IMG/VR virus record: IMGVR_UViG_3300048014_000353
Coordinates: 1 to 64,000 of that record
Reading direction: 5' to 3' (one strand)
DNA: 64,000 nt
Origin: a virus
Part shown: positions 17,224-26,987 of the stretch, in pieces
Numbering within the stretch: the first letter of the stretch is position 1
Layout of the letters: every line of letters starts with the position of its first letter
Notes under the pieces: model-generated
Seen by the model: only the letters and a program-made list of their open reading frames with translations
What the model was told of the DNA's origin: nothing
The model's database searches: none
Position numbers and translations under genes: made by a program

Positions 17224-17721
17224 TCAATGACGGTGCTTGCGCAGGTAATTGATCGCTGCCGAGAGAACGCTGACGTCATCGTGTGCGAGCCCGAGCATAC
17301 GATTGCAGTTAGCGCAAAGCAGCCCACGCACGGTGCCGCATGCGTGGCAATGATCTACCGCGCTCTTGCCCGAACCAGCGGCCAGCGGCCGAGTACATAT
17401 TCCGCACGTCTCCCCGTCGTACGCGTACGTCGAGCCGTATTTGGCAACTTGAGCGTAGCAAGCGCGGCAGATGCCGCTTCCGATCGTTCGCTCCGGCCTA
17501 GTTGGATGGCAGGCGGACGGTGGGTTGGTCTTCGCCTTTGCCAGCGAGTAGCACGATCGGCACACACCCGACCCGATGACGTGCTCGGCGCGTGCGGGGT
17601 GGCAAACGGAGCGTGCTCGGCGCGAGTCGAGCAACGCTTCGTAGCAAGGGCGACACCTTCCGCCTACGTAGTTCGGTCTGGTGGCGTGGCAGTCGGATGT
17701 CTTGGTCCTGGCGTGTCGCAT
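17224..17721 (-). CDS. Endonuclease VII-type (HNH fold) nuclease with three N-terminal Cys/His repeats
   Basis: Three CH(A/P)xR...G.CRxCY repeats, then CGIC...[35 protein letters not shown]. Confidence 0.88.
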   Translation of the reverse strand: MRHARTKTSDCHATRPNYVGGRCRPCYEALLDSRRARSVCHPARAEHVIGSGVCRSCYSLAKAKTNPPSACHPTRPERTIGSGICRACYAQVAKYGSTYAYDGETCGICTRPLAAGSGKSAVDHCHACGTVRGLLCANCNRMLGLAHDDVSVLSAAINYLRKHRH

Positions 17722-17982
17722 CTATACGTCCGAGTCGAAGGCAAGATTGCGGATGCCGAGGTCGACGCCGAGCCAGCCTTCGGGATCGATGGGCGAGCCG
17801 TCGGGCACGTCGACGGTCACGAAGAGATAGAGCTTGCCCTTGCGGTAGACGAGGTCGGCCTGTCCTCGGACGCCGTCGAGCCGTCCGCGATGGTACGCGC
17901 CGATGGCGCACGGGACGACCATGCGTCCATCGAGAGCGAGCAGACTCACGCGATCGAGACCGTTCTTGAACGTGTAGATCCG
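17722..17982 (-). pseudogene. tnpB: tnpB internal fragment (up to RuvC-I)
   Basis: RIYTFKNGLDRVSLLALDGR...GQADLVYRKGKLYLFVTVDVP...WLGVDLGIRNLAFDSD, then TAG. Confidence 0.88.
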
Positions 17983-18036
17983 ACGGCGCTTCCTCCCCGG
18001 CCTGAAGGCCGAGGCTTCCGCGCCGGAGAATGGTGA

Positions 18037-19326
18037 TCATCGTGACGAGGGGAGGGAGGCCCATTCGGTCGGCGGCCACGTGCCGAACCGATCCCGGAAT
18101 TGAACCGCCACCGCGCTCGCCGAGCGTCCAAGTCGTCGCCCTTCGTTCCACATTGCTTCGTAGGACGCGCGCAGCGCACTCGGAGACGGGGGCAGCTGCG
18201 ACGAGCGCCGCGCGTCGGCGGCGTCGGTAACCGCGATGAGCGGCACGCCCACCACCTCTTGCACGAACGCCTCGCGCGCGACGTCTTGATCGGTCGGCGG
18301 CGTCGGCGGCGTCGGCCGGCCCATGCCGATGCCGGTGCCCGTCAACGAGTACTCGCGGTCACACGTCGGAAAGCCGTGCCGAATGGAGGAGCCGACCAGA
18401 TCGATGACGATCGCATCCAGCTTCCCAGCGCAGGCACGAAGACCGCGCCCCGTGGCCTGAAGGTACGTCGACACGTGGTCGCAGCCCTTGGCGAGGATGA
18501 TGCATCGAAGCTCCGGCACATCGATGCCCTCGGTCATCGTATCCACGTTCGTGATGACGCGCAGGCGCCCCTCGCGGAAGTCGCGCAACGCCTTCTCGCG
18601 CTCTTCGGTGGGGGTCTCCGCCGAGATGCACGCCGCGGGCACGTGGAGGCGGAAGCGCTCGGCGAGCGCTTCGGCGATCGCGACCCGCGCGCAGAACACG
18701 AAGGCCTGCGATCGGTTCGCGAGCGCGAGCCACGCCTCGACCGGGTCCTTCGCGAGATCCGCCCCGAGAAAACGCTCGGGCTGGTAGAGGCGCACGGGCA
18801 CGATGTACCCCTCGGCGAGCAGATCGCTGTAGTGAGCGGCGACGACGCTCTCCTCGAAGACGTCGCCGAGCGGGGAGCCATCGGCGCGCTCGGGCGTCGC
18901 GGTGAGTCCAACGCAGCGCACGCCAGGATATGCCTGGACGAGCTCTCGGTAGCTCTCGGCGACGTAGTGGTGGCATTCGTCAAGGACCAGAAGATCCGCC
19001 TGCGGGCGAAGGTCGCGCGCGAGCAGAGTCTGCACGGTGCCGACTTGGATGCGCGCCTCGGGATGGGCCGGATGCCCCGCCATCAACACGCCGACGTGAC
19101 CTTCGCCGAACCGCGCCGCCAAGCGCGCGGCGAGTTGCGAGACCAGGTCCCGTTGGTGCGCGACAACGAGCGCGCGCCGGCGGGGCGTGAGCAGAATGCT
19201 CGCCATCTCCGTCTTGCCCGCGCCGGTGGGCGCGATGAGACACACCGAGCGAGTCCCCGCGCTCCAGAGCGCCTCGACCTTCGCGCACGCGTCAACCTGG
19301 TAGAGGCGAGCTTCGCGCACTCCCAT
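18037..19326 (-). CDS. Superfamily 2 (DEAD/DEAH-like) phage helicase, no HD domain
   Basis: APTGAGKT, DECHH, GLTATPER, TEGIDVP, YLQATGRGLR. Confidence 0.92.
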   Translation of the reverse strand: MGVREARLYQVDACAKVEALWSAGTRSVCLIAPTGAGKTEMASILLTPRRRALVVAHQRDLVSQLAARLAARFGEGHVGVLMAGHPAHPEARIQVGTVQTLLARDLRPQADLLVLDECHHYVAESYRELVQAYPGVRCVGLTATPERADGSPLGDVFEESVVAAHYSDLLAEGYIVPVRLYQPERFLGADLAKDPVEAWLALANRSQAFVFCARVAIAEALAERFRLHVPAACISAETPTEEREKALRDFREGRLRVITNVDTMTEGIDVPELRCIILAKGCDHVSTYLQATGRGLRACAGKLDAIVIDLVGSSIRHGFPTCDREYSLTGTGIGMGRPTPPTPPTDQDVAREAFVQEVVGVPLIAVTDAADARRSSQLPPSPSALRASYEAMWNEGRRLGRSASAVAVQFRDRFGTWPPTEWASLPSSR

Positions 19327-19330
19327 CGAT

Positions 19331-19348
19331 TGACTAGTACGCGAGTCA
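19331..19348. promoter_or_regulatory. 18-bp operator copy upstream of the helicase
   Basis: TGACTAGTACGCGAGTCA, 4 nt from the start codon. Confidence 0.75.
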
Positions 19349-19413
19349 GTCGATGCGCGTCAAGTGGGAGAGGGGATGTGCGGGGAGAGAGAGACAGAGA
19401 GAGGCGAGTGACC

Positions 19414-19968
19414 TCACGTGCGCCCGCCGGCCCCGCGCGCGTGCGCGACCGACATTTGCGTCCACGCAGCCGCTTCGGGGTCTGATTCCGCCGCGCGCGG
19501 CGCGTCGGCTTCACTGTCCTCGTCGTCCTCGGATGGTTCGTGTGGCGGCAGCGCCGGGAACTTTCCCCCCGCCTCCACCCACGCGAGCAGATCGTGCGTC
19601 ATGCCGGCGATCGCCGCGTTGACGAGGTCGGCCCACTTCTCCAGCTGGCGCACGCGCGCCATCGTGGAGCGCGACAGACGCTTCTCCTTTCGGAGCTCGG
19701 CGGCGAGCTGCTCGGCGCTCGGCGTCGGCATCTGGCCCCCGCCGAAGTGTGTCCAGCCGAGCTCGCGCAGGCGGCGCACGGAGACGACGAGCCATCCTCT
19801 CCCGTTGCGTTGCAGAAGGTCGCCGTCTTCGAAGCGCCCGTGCCCCGACACCGCGTGCAGGTGGAACAGGCGCGCCCGTGTACGCTGCGTGCTCCAGCCC
19901 GCGTAGCGCGCGATGGTCGCGATCGAGGTCGGAACGTCCTGCGGGATGCCGCTTAGCGGATCTTTCAT
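19414..19968 (-). CDS. Hypothetical protein, possible HTH at the N-terminus
   Basis: SIATIARYAGWSTQRTRARL; start/stop coupled to the sigma gene. Confidence 0.5.
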   Translation of the reverse strand: MKDPLSGIPQDVPTSIATIARYAGWSTQRTRARLFHLHAVSGHGRFEDGDLLQRNGRGWLVVSVRRLRELGWTHFGGGQMPTPSAEQLAAELRKEKRLSRSTMARVRQLEKWADLVNAAIAGMTHDLLAWVEAGGKFPALPPHEPSEDDEDSEADAPRAAESDPEAAAWTQMSVAHARGAGGRT

Positions 19969-20804
19969 CCGACCCCCAGTCCTGCGGCCGCCCGCAGCTT
20001 CTCGAAGGCGCGCGTCTCGATCTGACGCACCCGTTCCCGCGAGATCCCCAAGCTCTCGCCGATCTCCCTGAGAGCCATCGGCTCGTCCGTCATCACGCGA
20101 TGGCCCACGATGCGACGCTCCCGCGCCGTCAGCGTCCGGAGAAGCTTCGAGACCTGACGATTCGTTGCGCGCGCATGCTCGCCTTCGAGCACGAGAGCTT
20201 CAGGCGTCGATGCCGGCCCCGGCAGGACATCGTAGAGGGTCGCTCCGTCTTCGCCGTCAGCCGTGGCCTTGGGCGCATCGAAGGAGACGTCAAGCCCCGC
20301 GGAGGCGAGGCGCGCGCGCGTCTCTTGCACCCACTGGACCGTGTACCCGAGTGCCGCGGCGGTCGCCGCCGCCGCAAGGTCGTCGCAGGGCTCGCGCGCG
20401 CCCGCGCGTTCGGCGGCGCGGAAAGCGAAGTGTTCCGACCGCTCCAGCCGGTGGAGTCCCGACAGCCCCCCCGTGGACTCGTGGACCAGGCGCGCCATGG
20501 CCGCGCGCGCGAACCCCGCCGCGAACGTCACGAACCGAACGCCCCGATCCGGATCGAACTTCATCACGGCTTGAAGGATTGCCCCCGCGGCCGCCGAGAA
20601 CAACTCGTCGGCCGGCAGGCCCGTCACCCGATGGCGCCGAAGAGCGAACCGAAGCATCGCCGGGAGTACGGAGACGACCAGACGGTTCCGCGCCGCGGCG
20701 TCCCCCCCGAGAGCCCGGCGCGCGACGTCGCCGTCCTCTTCGGGGCCGAGCGCGTGACACTTCGCGATCTGCGCGGCGATCGGCGCGAAGGTCGAGCGGC
20801 TCAT
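19965..20804 (-). CDS. RpoH/sigma-32-like sigma-70 factor
   Basis: ARNRLVVSVLP...AVMKFDPDRGVRFVTFA...DVSFDAP...LTARERRIVGHRVMTDEPMALREIGESLGISRERVRQIETRAFEKLR. Confidence 0.9.
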   Translation of the reverse strand: MSRSTFAPIAAQIAKCHALGPEEDGDVARRALGGDAAARNRLVVSVLPAMLRFALRRHRVTGLPADELFSAAAGAILQAVMKFDPDRGVRFVTFAAGFARAAMARLVHESTGGLSGLHRLERSEHFAFRAAERAGAREPCDDLAAAATAAALGYTVQWVQETRARLASAGLDVSFDAPKATADGEDGATLYDVLPGPASTPEALVLEGEHARATNRQVSKLLRTLTARERRIVGHRVMTDEPMALREIGESLGISRERVRQIETRAFEKLRAAAGLGVG

Positions 20805-21721
20805 TTGGCCATCTTGCGGGACAGAAGGTCTTGAAGCGCGAGAAGGCCCTGAAGCGCCGCGACCCGATCTTCGGTGGTTTTCGGTGGAGGGCGCGTCGCC
20901 AGCACACGGCTCATCGACCGAATGCGATCCTTGCCGCGGCGATCCCCGTGCTTCATTCGGTCGGCCTCGACCGCGTGGCGGATCTCGACCTCGTTCCAGG
21001 CCTTGTCGAGCAGACGTCCCGCGCCGCTGAGGACGCGATCGGCTTCCGCCGCCATCGCGACGCGTAGATCCTCGTACCCCTTGCGCGAGGCCACCGCCGT
21101 CGCCCGCTCGACCACGTCGCCGGCGATCGCCTCCAGAAAACGGCCATCGCGCTCCCACGCGTCTACGTGCGCGGCCAGCGCGAGCCCCGGGGCGAACCCG
21201 AGCCCGGGAAACTCCGTCGTGCCCGACCGCTGCGCGGCGCGGTGCGCCTCGATGAGGTTCTCGTACATCTGCTCCACGTGTTCGGCCTCGGCGCGCGCGA
21301 GCTCCCCCGTCCACGGGTTCTCGGCCATGAGCCAGGAGCGCCACACGATCCGCGCGCGCTCGCGCGCGATCTCCGTGAACCGCAGCAGCGGCGCGAGCTC
21401 CTGGAATTCCTCCCAGGGGTCGTCCTGCCGACGCGCACCGTACGATCGTTCCAGACGCCACCAGGCGTCGGCGGCGGCTTCGGGACGCTGCACGAAGAGC
21501 TCTCCCTTCACCTCCTCCACCAACCGTGCGCGCCGCGTGGCTTCCTGCGACTGGTGAACGTAGCGCTCCTGCGCCAGCAACTTGCCCGGCTCGGTGGAGG
21601 GGGACGAGAACGCCGCGTAACTGGGGCTCGCGATGGGGACGGTCCCCGCCGAGTCGGTGAAGTACCAGGCGAGCTCCCGGAGGCGCTCGTTCCGAAGCCG
21701 GAATCCGCGTTGGTACAGCAT
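20801..21721 (-). CDS. Hypothetical protein
   Basis: 306-aa ORF translationally coupled on both sides. Confidence 0.7.
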   Translation of the reverse strand: MLYQRGFRLRNERLRELAWYFTDSAGTVPIASPSYAAFSSPSTEPGKLLAQERYVHQSQEATRRARLVEEVKGELFVQRPEAAADAWWRLERSYGARRQDDPWEEFQELAPLLRFTEIARERARIVWRSWLMAENPWTGELARAEAEHVEQMYENLIEAHRAAQRSGTTEFPGLGFAPGLALAAHVDAWERDGRFLEAIAGDVVERATAVASRKGYEDLRVAMAAEADRVLSGAGRLLDKAWNEVEIRHAVEADRMKHGDRRGKDRIRSMSRVLATRPPPKTTEDRVAALQGLLALQDLLSRKMAK

Positions 21722-22422
21722 CAGACTCTCCCCTCCTCTTCAGCGAGGCAGGGCGCGGCGTCGGGCAGCGGCGCGGGGGGCACTTGCGCGCGAGACTCGG
21801 CTGCCGCCTCGCGCGCCGCCCGCGCCGCGGCAAGCTTGGCCCGACGCTTCTGCTCCCGTCGTTCCTTTCGCGCGTCCTGGACGGCCTCGTGGTGACGGAT
21901 CTGCGTCGGGTCCGCCGCGTCGGCGGTGACGGGCCGCCCGAGGTCCTCGTGCATCGCCTGGACGACCTTCTCGTCGCGCAGCCGCACGAAGACGCGGCTC
22001 TCCATCGTCTGGCGCACGGCGTCGCGCGTAATGTTCAGGCGTCGCGCGATCCCGTACAGCGTCATCGGGCCGCGATCGGCCGCGTCGAGCGCGCACGTCT
22101 CGGGGATCTGGTCCCACTCCAAGGCCGGAAAATTCAGAAGGACTCGGTTTCGGCTACGGCTCTCCAAGTAGAGATGGTGCCGGCACGAGACGAAGGGGCA
22201 CGGGCGATAGTGCGCCGCTCCTCCCGGGAGACACTCGGCGCGTGTGTCCGGAAGCTGACGCCCTTCGTACTCTGGGGCGTCGCCGCGATGGGACGCGACA
22301 TCGTCCGGCCCCACCTTGACGATCCGGCCTTTAGGCGTCCAGTCCCGCGGCGGCAGCGGATGGCTTGCGTCGTCCTCGACGAGGGGAAGGCGACGCCGGT
22401 TCTCTCGATCGCGCGAATGCAA
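21721..22422 (-). CDS. Cys-rich domain plus sigma-70 region 4-like HTH protein
   Basis: RPCPFVSCRHHLY...ETCALDAADRGPMTLYGIARRLNITRDAVRQ. Confidence 0.7.
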   Translation of the reverse strand: MHSRDRENRRRLPLVEDDASHPLPPRDWTPKGRIVKVGPDDVASHRGDAPEYEGRQLPDTRAECLPGGAAHYRPCPFVSCRHHLYLESRSRNRVLLNFPALEWDQIPETCALDAADRGPMTLYGIARRLNITRDAVRQTMESRVFVRLRDEKVVQAMHEDLGRPVTADAADPTQIRHHEAVQDARKERREQKRRAKLAAARAAREAAAESRAQVPPAPLPDAAPCLAEEEGRV

Positions 22423-22792
22423 GGTGAGGCTTACCCTGGCGTACGCGATGGAGTAACCACGACTGATTTTTCAAGGTCGGCGATGGAAAAGCCGTTTATG
22501 CAAAGGACTTGCCTCACCAACTGGCCCAGTCGCGCGCGCTCGACCGGGCCGTACCCGAGCCGGTCGGATTCGCTGGCGACGCACTCGTCCACGAGCCAGA
22601 TCGCCTTTCGCGGCGTCATGTCCTTGGGACCGGCCTGCTCTTCGTCGAAGACAAGCCCGGTCGGGCGGAGTGCCTGACCGGCGACGCCGAGCAGAAAGGC
22701 GACCCTGCGGATCGCGGCGTGGTCGGCGTCCGACAGGTCCTCTGCCTCGATCTCCGCTTCCTCGAGCGCCGGCGAGAAGGGGCGCTCGAGCA

Positions 22793-23302
22793 TCAGTGCA
22801 CCCGAAAGAGGCGCGCCTTGTGGACGCTCCATGAAGCGATGAGCCCCCGGCGGTACTCGGCGTCGGTGACGCCGTCCTGCCGCGGAGCCACACACCCGAT
22901 CCCATGCACCTTCAGGCACGACCGAAGAGCCTCTCCCACGGAGTCGAGCTCGGCGCCGGCGGCCAGTTGCAGCGCACGGAAGACCATGCGCCAGTCGCGC
23001 GCCTCGATCGCGTAGGCGCATTCGCGAATCGCGAATCGGTCCGACTGGCGCTGATGCCACGCGTTCCGGGCCGACCACATGGTCTCGGTCGCGCGGAGAT
23101 CCCAATCGATCGGCGACTCGTGACCCCTGCGCTCCGTCTGCCAGTCAGAGAGCGATGCCTCGGTGCGCGGCCCCTTGGGACCGTTCATCCAGGTCCGGAC
23201 GACCAGGCCGTCCTCCGGCTCCCCTCCGTACGGAACGAGACGGGCGATGAAGTGGGCCGAAAGGCGCCCGTAGACCATCTGCTCGGTGTGAAGGACGGTC
23301 AT
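22793..23302 (-). CDS. Hypothetical protein
   Basis: 169-aa ORF in a coupled gene run. Confidence 0.55.
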   Translation of the reverse strand: MTVLHTEQMVYGRLSAHFIARLVPYGGEPEDGLVVRTWMNGPKGPRTEASLSDWQTERRGHESPIDWDLRATETMWSARNAWHQRQSDRFAIRECAYAIEARDWRMVFRALQLAAGAELDSVGEALRSCLKVHGIGCVAPRQDGVTDAEYRRGLIASWSVHKARLFRVH

Positions 23303-24030
23303 GAATCCTCACTCTCCCGTACGGACCCACCTCGCCAGCCGCCACAACGCGAGCGCCGGTAGGCCCAGTGGCGCCCAGGCGCACAGGAGAATCATCCGCT
23401 CCCATGGCACACGTTCAAAGCAGAAATCCGGCATGGCGCGCATCAGGACGATGAGGAAGGTGGCCAATAACTGGGTACCCCAGAGAGCAGCGCCCCATCC
23501 GGGCGTAAGGAGGTGCGCCTCGATCACGCTCGCCCCAAGACCAGCCAAGCATCCGAGCAGCGACAGAACGCGCAGAAGAGAACCCCGCCCTGCGCTCATA
23601 CGTTGCGGCTTCCGAAGGGAAGCGGCGGCCGCTTTCGCCTCGTCTTGCATCATGCGTCGGAGGCAGGCATCGCACGTCTCGCGGTAACTGTTCATTCGTT
23701 GTGTCTCCTGTCCACGTGCCGCCTGGGTCATTGGCTCGGTATGGAAGGCGCTCACAGCGAGTAAACTCTCGCGGCCACAGCCAGAAGCTCGCGGGCCAAG
23801 TAGGGGATGTTCGGGGGCGTCATCCAGAGCTTCACCTGTTCCTGCCATTGGATGCGAAGGTCGATACCGATCGGCGTCCAACGCATGCCCTTGGCGTACT
23901 GCAGGAGTCGTCGCTCGGCGCGCCGTCCCTTGCGTCCGCCGTAGCGGGCGCGGCGCGCGAGGACGGGATGAAGCACCTTCGCGACGTGCATGAGCGTATG
24001 GGCCAGAAACGTCTCCTCATCATCCATGAC

Positions 24031-24458
24031 CCAAACCATCAAGCCCCCGCTCGGCCTTGCAGGCGGGGGTCGCTGCGGGCGGCGCACGATGTCGCGTCAA
24101 CGAGGTCTCTCCTGGTTCTCGATGTAGCGACGGATGATGTCGATAGGGGCGCCGCCTGCGGAGAGCAGGCAGTAACTCGGGCTCCAGAGGACGGCCTTCC
24201 CGCGGTAGGCGGCGCGAAGCGCCGGGAACTCGGATCGCAGTCTCCGGCTGGAGACGGTCTTGAGGAGGTTGATGAGATCGGACGGCCGGACCTTCGGCGG
24301 CAGGTCGAGCAGCGCGTGGACGTGATCCGCCTCGCCGGAGCACTCGACGACGACGCAGTCCCACGCCTTGGCGAGGTCGGAGAGGATCGCGGTGCAGCGA
24401 TCGAGCATCGGTCCGGTGAAGACGTGCTTGCGGTAAGCGCAGGGAGGGGAGTTGTCAC
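24031..24458. mobile_element. IS200/IS605 remnant (left-end hairpin, 5'-truncated tnpA, partial right end)
   Basis: Inserted 3' of TGAC without target duplication; hairpin CCCCCGCTCGGCCTTGCAGGCGGGGG; ends in GTTGTCAC. Confidence 0.8.
24097..24435 (-). pseudogene. tnpA: Y1 HUH transposase TnpA lacking its N-terminus
   Basis: YRKHVF...EADHVHALL (HUH)...LWSPSY...IRRYIENQ (catalytic Y); the first beta strand HLVxxTK is missing. Confidence 0.85.
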
Positions 24459-24857
24459 GAACTGCAGCACGGCCAGGTCAAGATCGAGCATCATCGCCCC
24501 CGCTTCGTCGGCAAGTATTCCTTCGGCACACTCTCCAGCCCCGGGAGCGCCGGCGCGGGCGTCGGCTCGTGCAGGGGATGGCCGAACTTCACCGCGAGCG
24601 CGTCGTGATCGTGCTCAAGCACGTGCGGGTCGCTCATCGAGCGACCTGCGCCGGGATTCCACACCCGACGCTCGCCGCAGGTGCGGCAGATCATGTCGAA
24701 GGTCGGCGGGTGGAGCGTCGTGTGCTCGGGATGGACAGACCAGTCGTGGTCGAGCGGGTTGGCGCATGGGACGAGCCCGCACCGCGCGCAGCTCTGAACG
24801 CCATCGGCGTTCGTCGCGAAGGCGTGGGTCTCCGGAGGGCAGGGGGGCGTCATGGGC

Positions 24858-25403
24858 CTAGTTCGCTCTCCGTCGGGTGATGCGCGCGGACGCTTCGGCG
24901 ATGCGCTCGGCTTCGGCGCGCGCGCGCTGCAGCCGATTGCGCTCCTCGATCTGCGCCTCGGCTTCCGGCGACAGAGGAGCATCCCCCCCGTGCGCTGCGC
25001 GGTACGCGGACAGGAGGTACGACTGGAGCGAGATCATCTCGTTGAGATACGCGCTCTTGTCGGGCGGCGACTTCTGAAGGTGCGCGGCCGCGCGCGCAAA
25101 CGAACTGAGCGCGCGCGCGACCGCCGGCTCGCCGAGCGGCCGAATCTGCTCTGACCACGCTTTCACCGGCAGGAAGTCGGCGGGGCGCAGATTGAGCTCG
25201 CGTGCCGCCGCCCCGAAGTCGGCGTAGGTCACGACTTCGTCGCGGATCTCTCCGCGCTCCGAGAGGTACGGCCCCGTGAGGAAGCCGTCCTTGCCGCCGT
25301 CGGCGACGAACGACGGAGCCATCCAAGGGGCGTTGCGCGGGTCGGTCCACCGGCGCATCCACGTCCCCCAGGGAGCGACGAACTTCCGAAGGATGAAGCT
25401 CAC
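24858..25403 (-). CDS. Hypothetical protein
   Basis: 181-aa ORF coupled to its neighbours. Confidence 0.6.
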   Translation of the reverse strand: MSFILRKFVAPWGTWMRRWTDPRNAPWMAPSFVADGGKDGFLTGPYLSERGEIRDEVVTYADFGAAARELNLRPADFLPVKAWSEQIRPLGEPAVARALSSFARAAAHLQKSPPDKSAYLNEMISLQSYLLSAYRAAHGGDAPLSPEAEAQIEERNRLQRARAEAERIAEASARITRRRAN

Positions 25404-25824
25404 TTCTCGCTCTCCACGCCCTCGTAGATCGCGAGGAGGGTCTCCAAGGCGGATTTCTGCGCCGCGCTGAGGTTTGAGCTGTTGGCGATCTCCCGAAGCG
25501 GCGCCATCGCCTCGCCCAATCTCGCCGCGGTGAGAGAGATGCGGGGAGCGGCGCCCGACGTCCTCGCGGACGCGTTGAGGAAGTTTCGCAGCTCCTCGTT
25601 CTCCGCGCGCAGGCGCACGGCTTCCTGAAAGAGTCCCGCTTCGCTCGCAGCGAGCTGCGCGTCGTCGTTCGGAGGTTCGTCCCCGTCCGCGAGTTCCGGC
25701 CCCGGCTCCCTCCCATCGATCGCGTCGAGGATGATCTTCGCGCCAGCGAGCGCGGTCTCGAGCCGCTCCTTCTCCCGCGCGAGGAACTCGACCTTGTCCA
25801 GCACCGCCGTCATCGCTCCGTGGT

Positions 25825-26364
25825 TCATCGCGCTTCGCTCCCTTCGCCCGATGCAGGCGAGTCGTTCTGAGGGAAGGCGAGGTACGCCATCCCCTTCGCT
25901 TCCTCTTCGGTCATCAGTCCGGTCGAGAGCCCCTTGGCGATGAGGATCGCGGACGCGCGGTCGGCGAGATAGCGCTCGGTCCAGGTTCCGAAATCCATCG
26001 TCGACGACACTCCGGTCTTGAGGACCTTCCAGACCCCGGCGACCTCGCACGCCAAGAAATTCCCTCGCTCACCACGGAAAGCGATGACGCTCGCGTCGAG
26101 CACCGCCGCCTCCGCGGCGTCGTCAAGCAGCCGTGCCTCGTGGAGCTCGTCGATCATGTCGCGGAGCGCAGGGAAGCCCTCGAGCGATACCGTGTTTTTG
26201 AAGGACGCTGCGAGTGACACGATGCGCCCGGGAATCGCGCCTTGCATCGTGAGCGACGCAGCCTCGGCGTCGACGTCGACCTTGCTCGGGCTGTACTCCA
26301 CGCCCGTGAGGTCGAACGCAACGGGCTTTCCTCCGATGAAGAGCTGAGCCCTCGGCATCTTCAT
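25825..26364 (-). CDS. Hypothetical protein
   Basis: 179-aa ORF coupled to its neighbours. Confidence 0.6.
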   Translation of the reverse strand: MKMPRAQLFIGGKPVAFDLTGVEYSPSKVDVDAEAASLTMQGAIPGRIVSLAASFKNTVSLEGFPALRDMIDELHEARLLDDAAEAAVLDASVIAFRGERGNFLACEVAGVWKVLKTGVSSTMDFGTWTERYLADRASAILIAKGLSTGLMTEEEAKGMAYLAFPQNDSPASGEGSEAR

Positions 26365-26987
26365 TCGTCGTCGCCTCCTGGCGGCAGAGGCGCGCGCGTG
26401 ATCGAGCGAATCTCCCGGTTCTTCGGAAGGAGCGCCGTGACGACATGCTGGAGTGTCGGGTCCTTCAGGATGCGGCGGTAGGTCTGCGCGACGATGCGGT
26501 CCCAGTGCTCAAGCGTGCTGCCTCCCTCACGCGGCCGTTTTTGCGCCTGGCTCACCATGAAGTCGAGCAGTGCGGACGTCACGCAGTCCCGAAGGTAGAT
26601 CTGATGCTCCAATTCGTCTGCGAAGACCACCGTGTAGAGCAAAAAGGCGTCTTTTCTCAGCGCATGCGCGACGTCGTAACTCACGCGTTTCGCGGGCAGA
26701 TCCATCTGCAGCCGGGCGTCGAACAGGCGCCTCTCGAGACCGGAGAGGATGCCTCCGTGACTGAGGAACAGCGGCGCGGGCGTCGCCGCTTCCGCGGATG
26801 GGCTTGCCACCACGAGAACGAGGCAGCTCGCGGGAACCTGCTCGCGCACGAGGCCGTGCTCCACAAAGCCGATGACATGAACGGTGGGATTGTACTGGTC
26901 GATTCCCACGACCGTCAGCTCCGGGCCGCCGCTTCGCAGCCGCACGACATCCCCCGCGATGAATTGCGCCCGCTTCGTTTCGCTCAT
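26361..26987 (-). CDS. DUF2158/YodC-like domain protein
   Basis: GDVVRLRSGGPELTV motif at the N-terminus. Confidence 0.6.
   Translation of the reverse strand: MSETKRAQFIAGDVVRLRSGGPELTVVGIDQYNPTVHVIGFVEHGLVREQVPASCLVLVVASPSAEAATPAPLFLSHGGILSGLERRLFDARLQMDLPAKRVSYDVAHALRKDAFLLYTVVFADELEHQIYLRDCVTSALLDFMVSQAQKRPREGGSTLEHWDRIVAQTYRRILKDPTLQHVVTALLPKNREIRSITRAPLPPGGDDE

Larger units (their letters stand above)
17047..18035 (-). mobile_element. Internally deleted IS200/IS605 element (tnpB relic) carrying an endonuclease VII gene
   Basis: Right-end hairpin CCTCGCCCTTTAGGGCGAGG..TTAC; left-end hairpin CCTCGGCCTTCAGGCCGGGG located 3' of TGAT; tnpB fragments between them. Exact ends are inferred. 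Confidence 0.75.
23752..24494 (-). pseudogene. Hypothetical gene interrupted by an IS605 remnant
   Basis: Removing 24031-24458 restores the frame MMLDLDLAVLQF-VMDDEETFLAH... Confidence 0.7.

Noticed and set aside
17113-18036. 307-aa plus-strand ORF ending ALPPRPEGRGFRAGEW
   Set aside because: Antisense to the tnpB/EndoVII frame; the tail is just the IS end hairpin translated.
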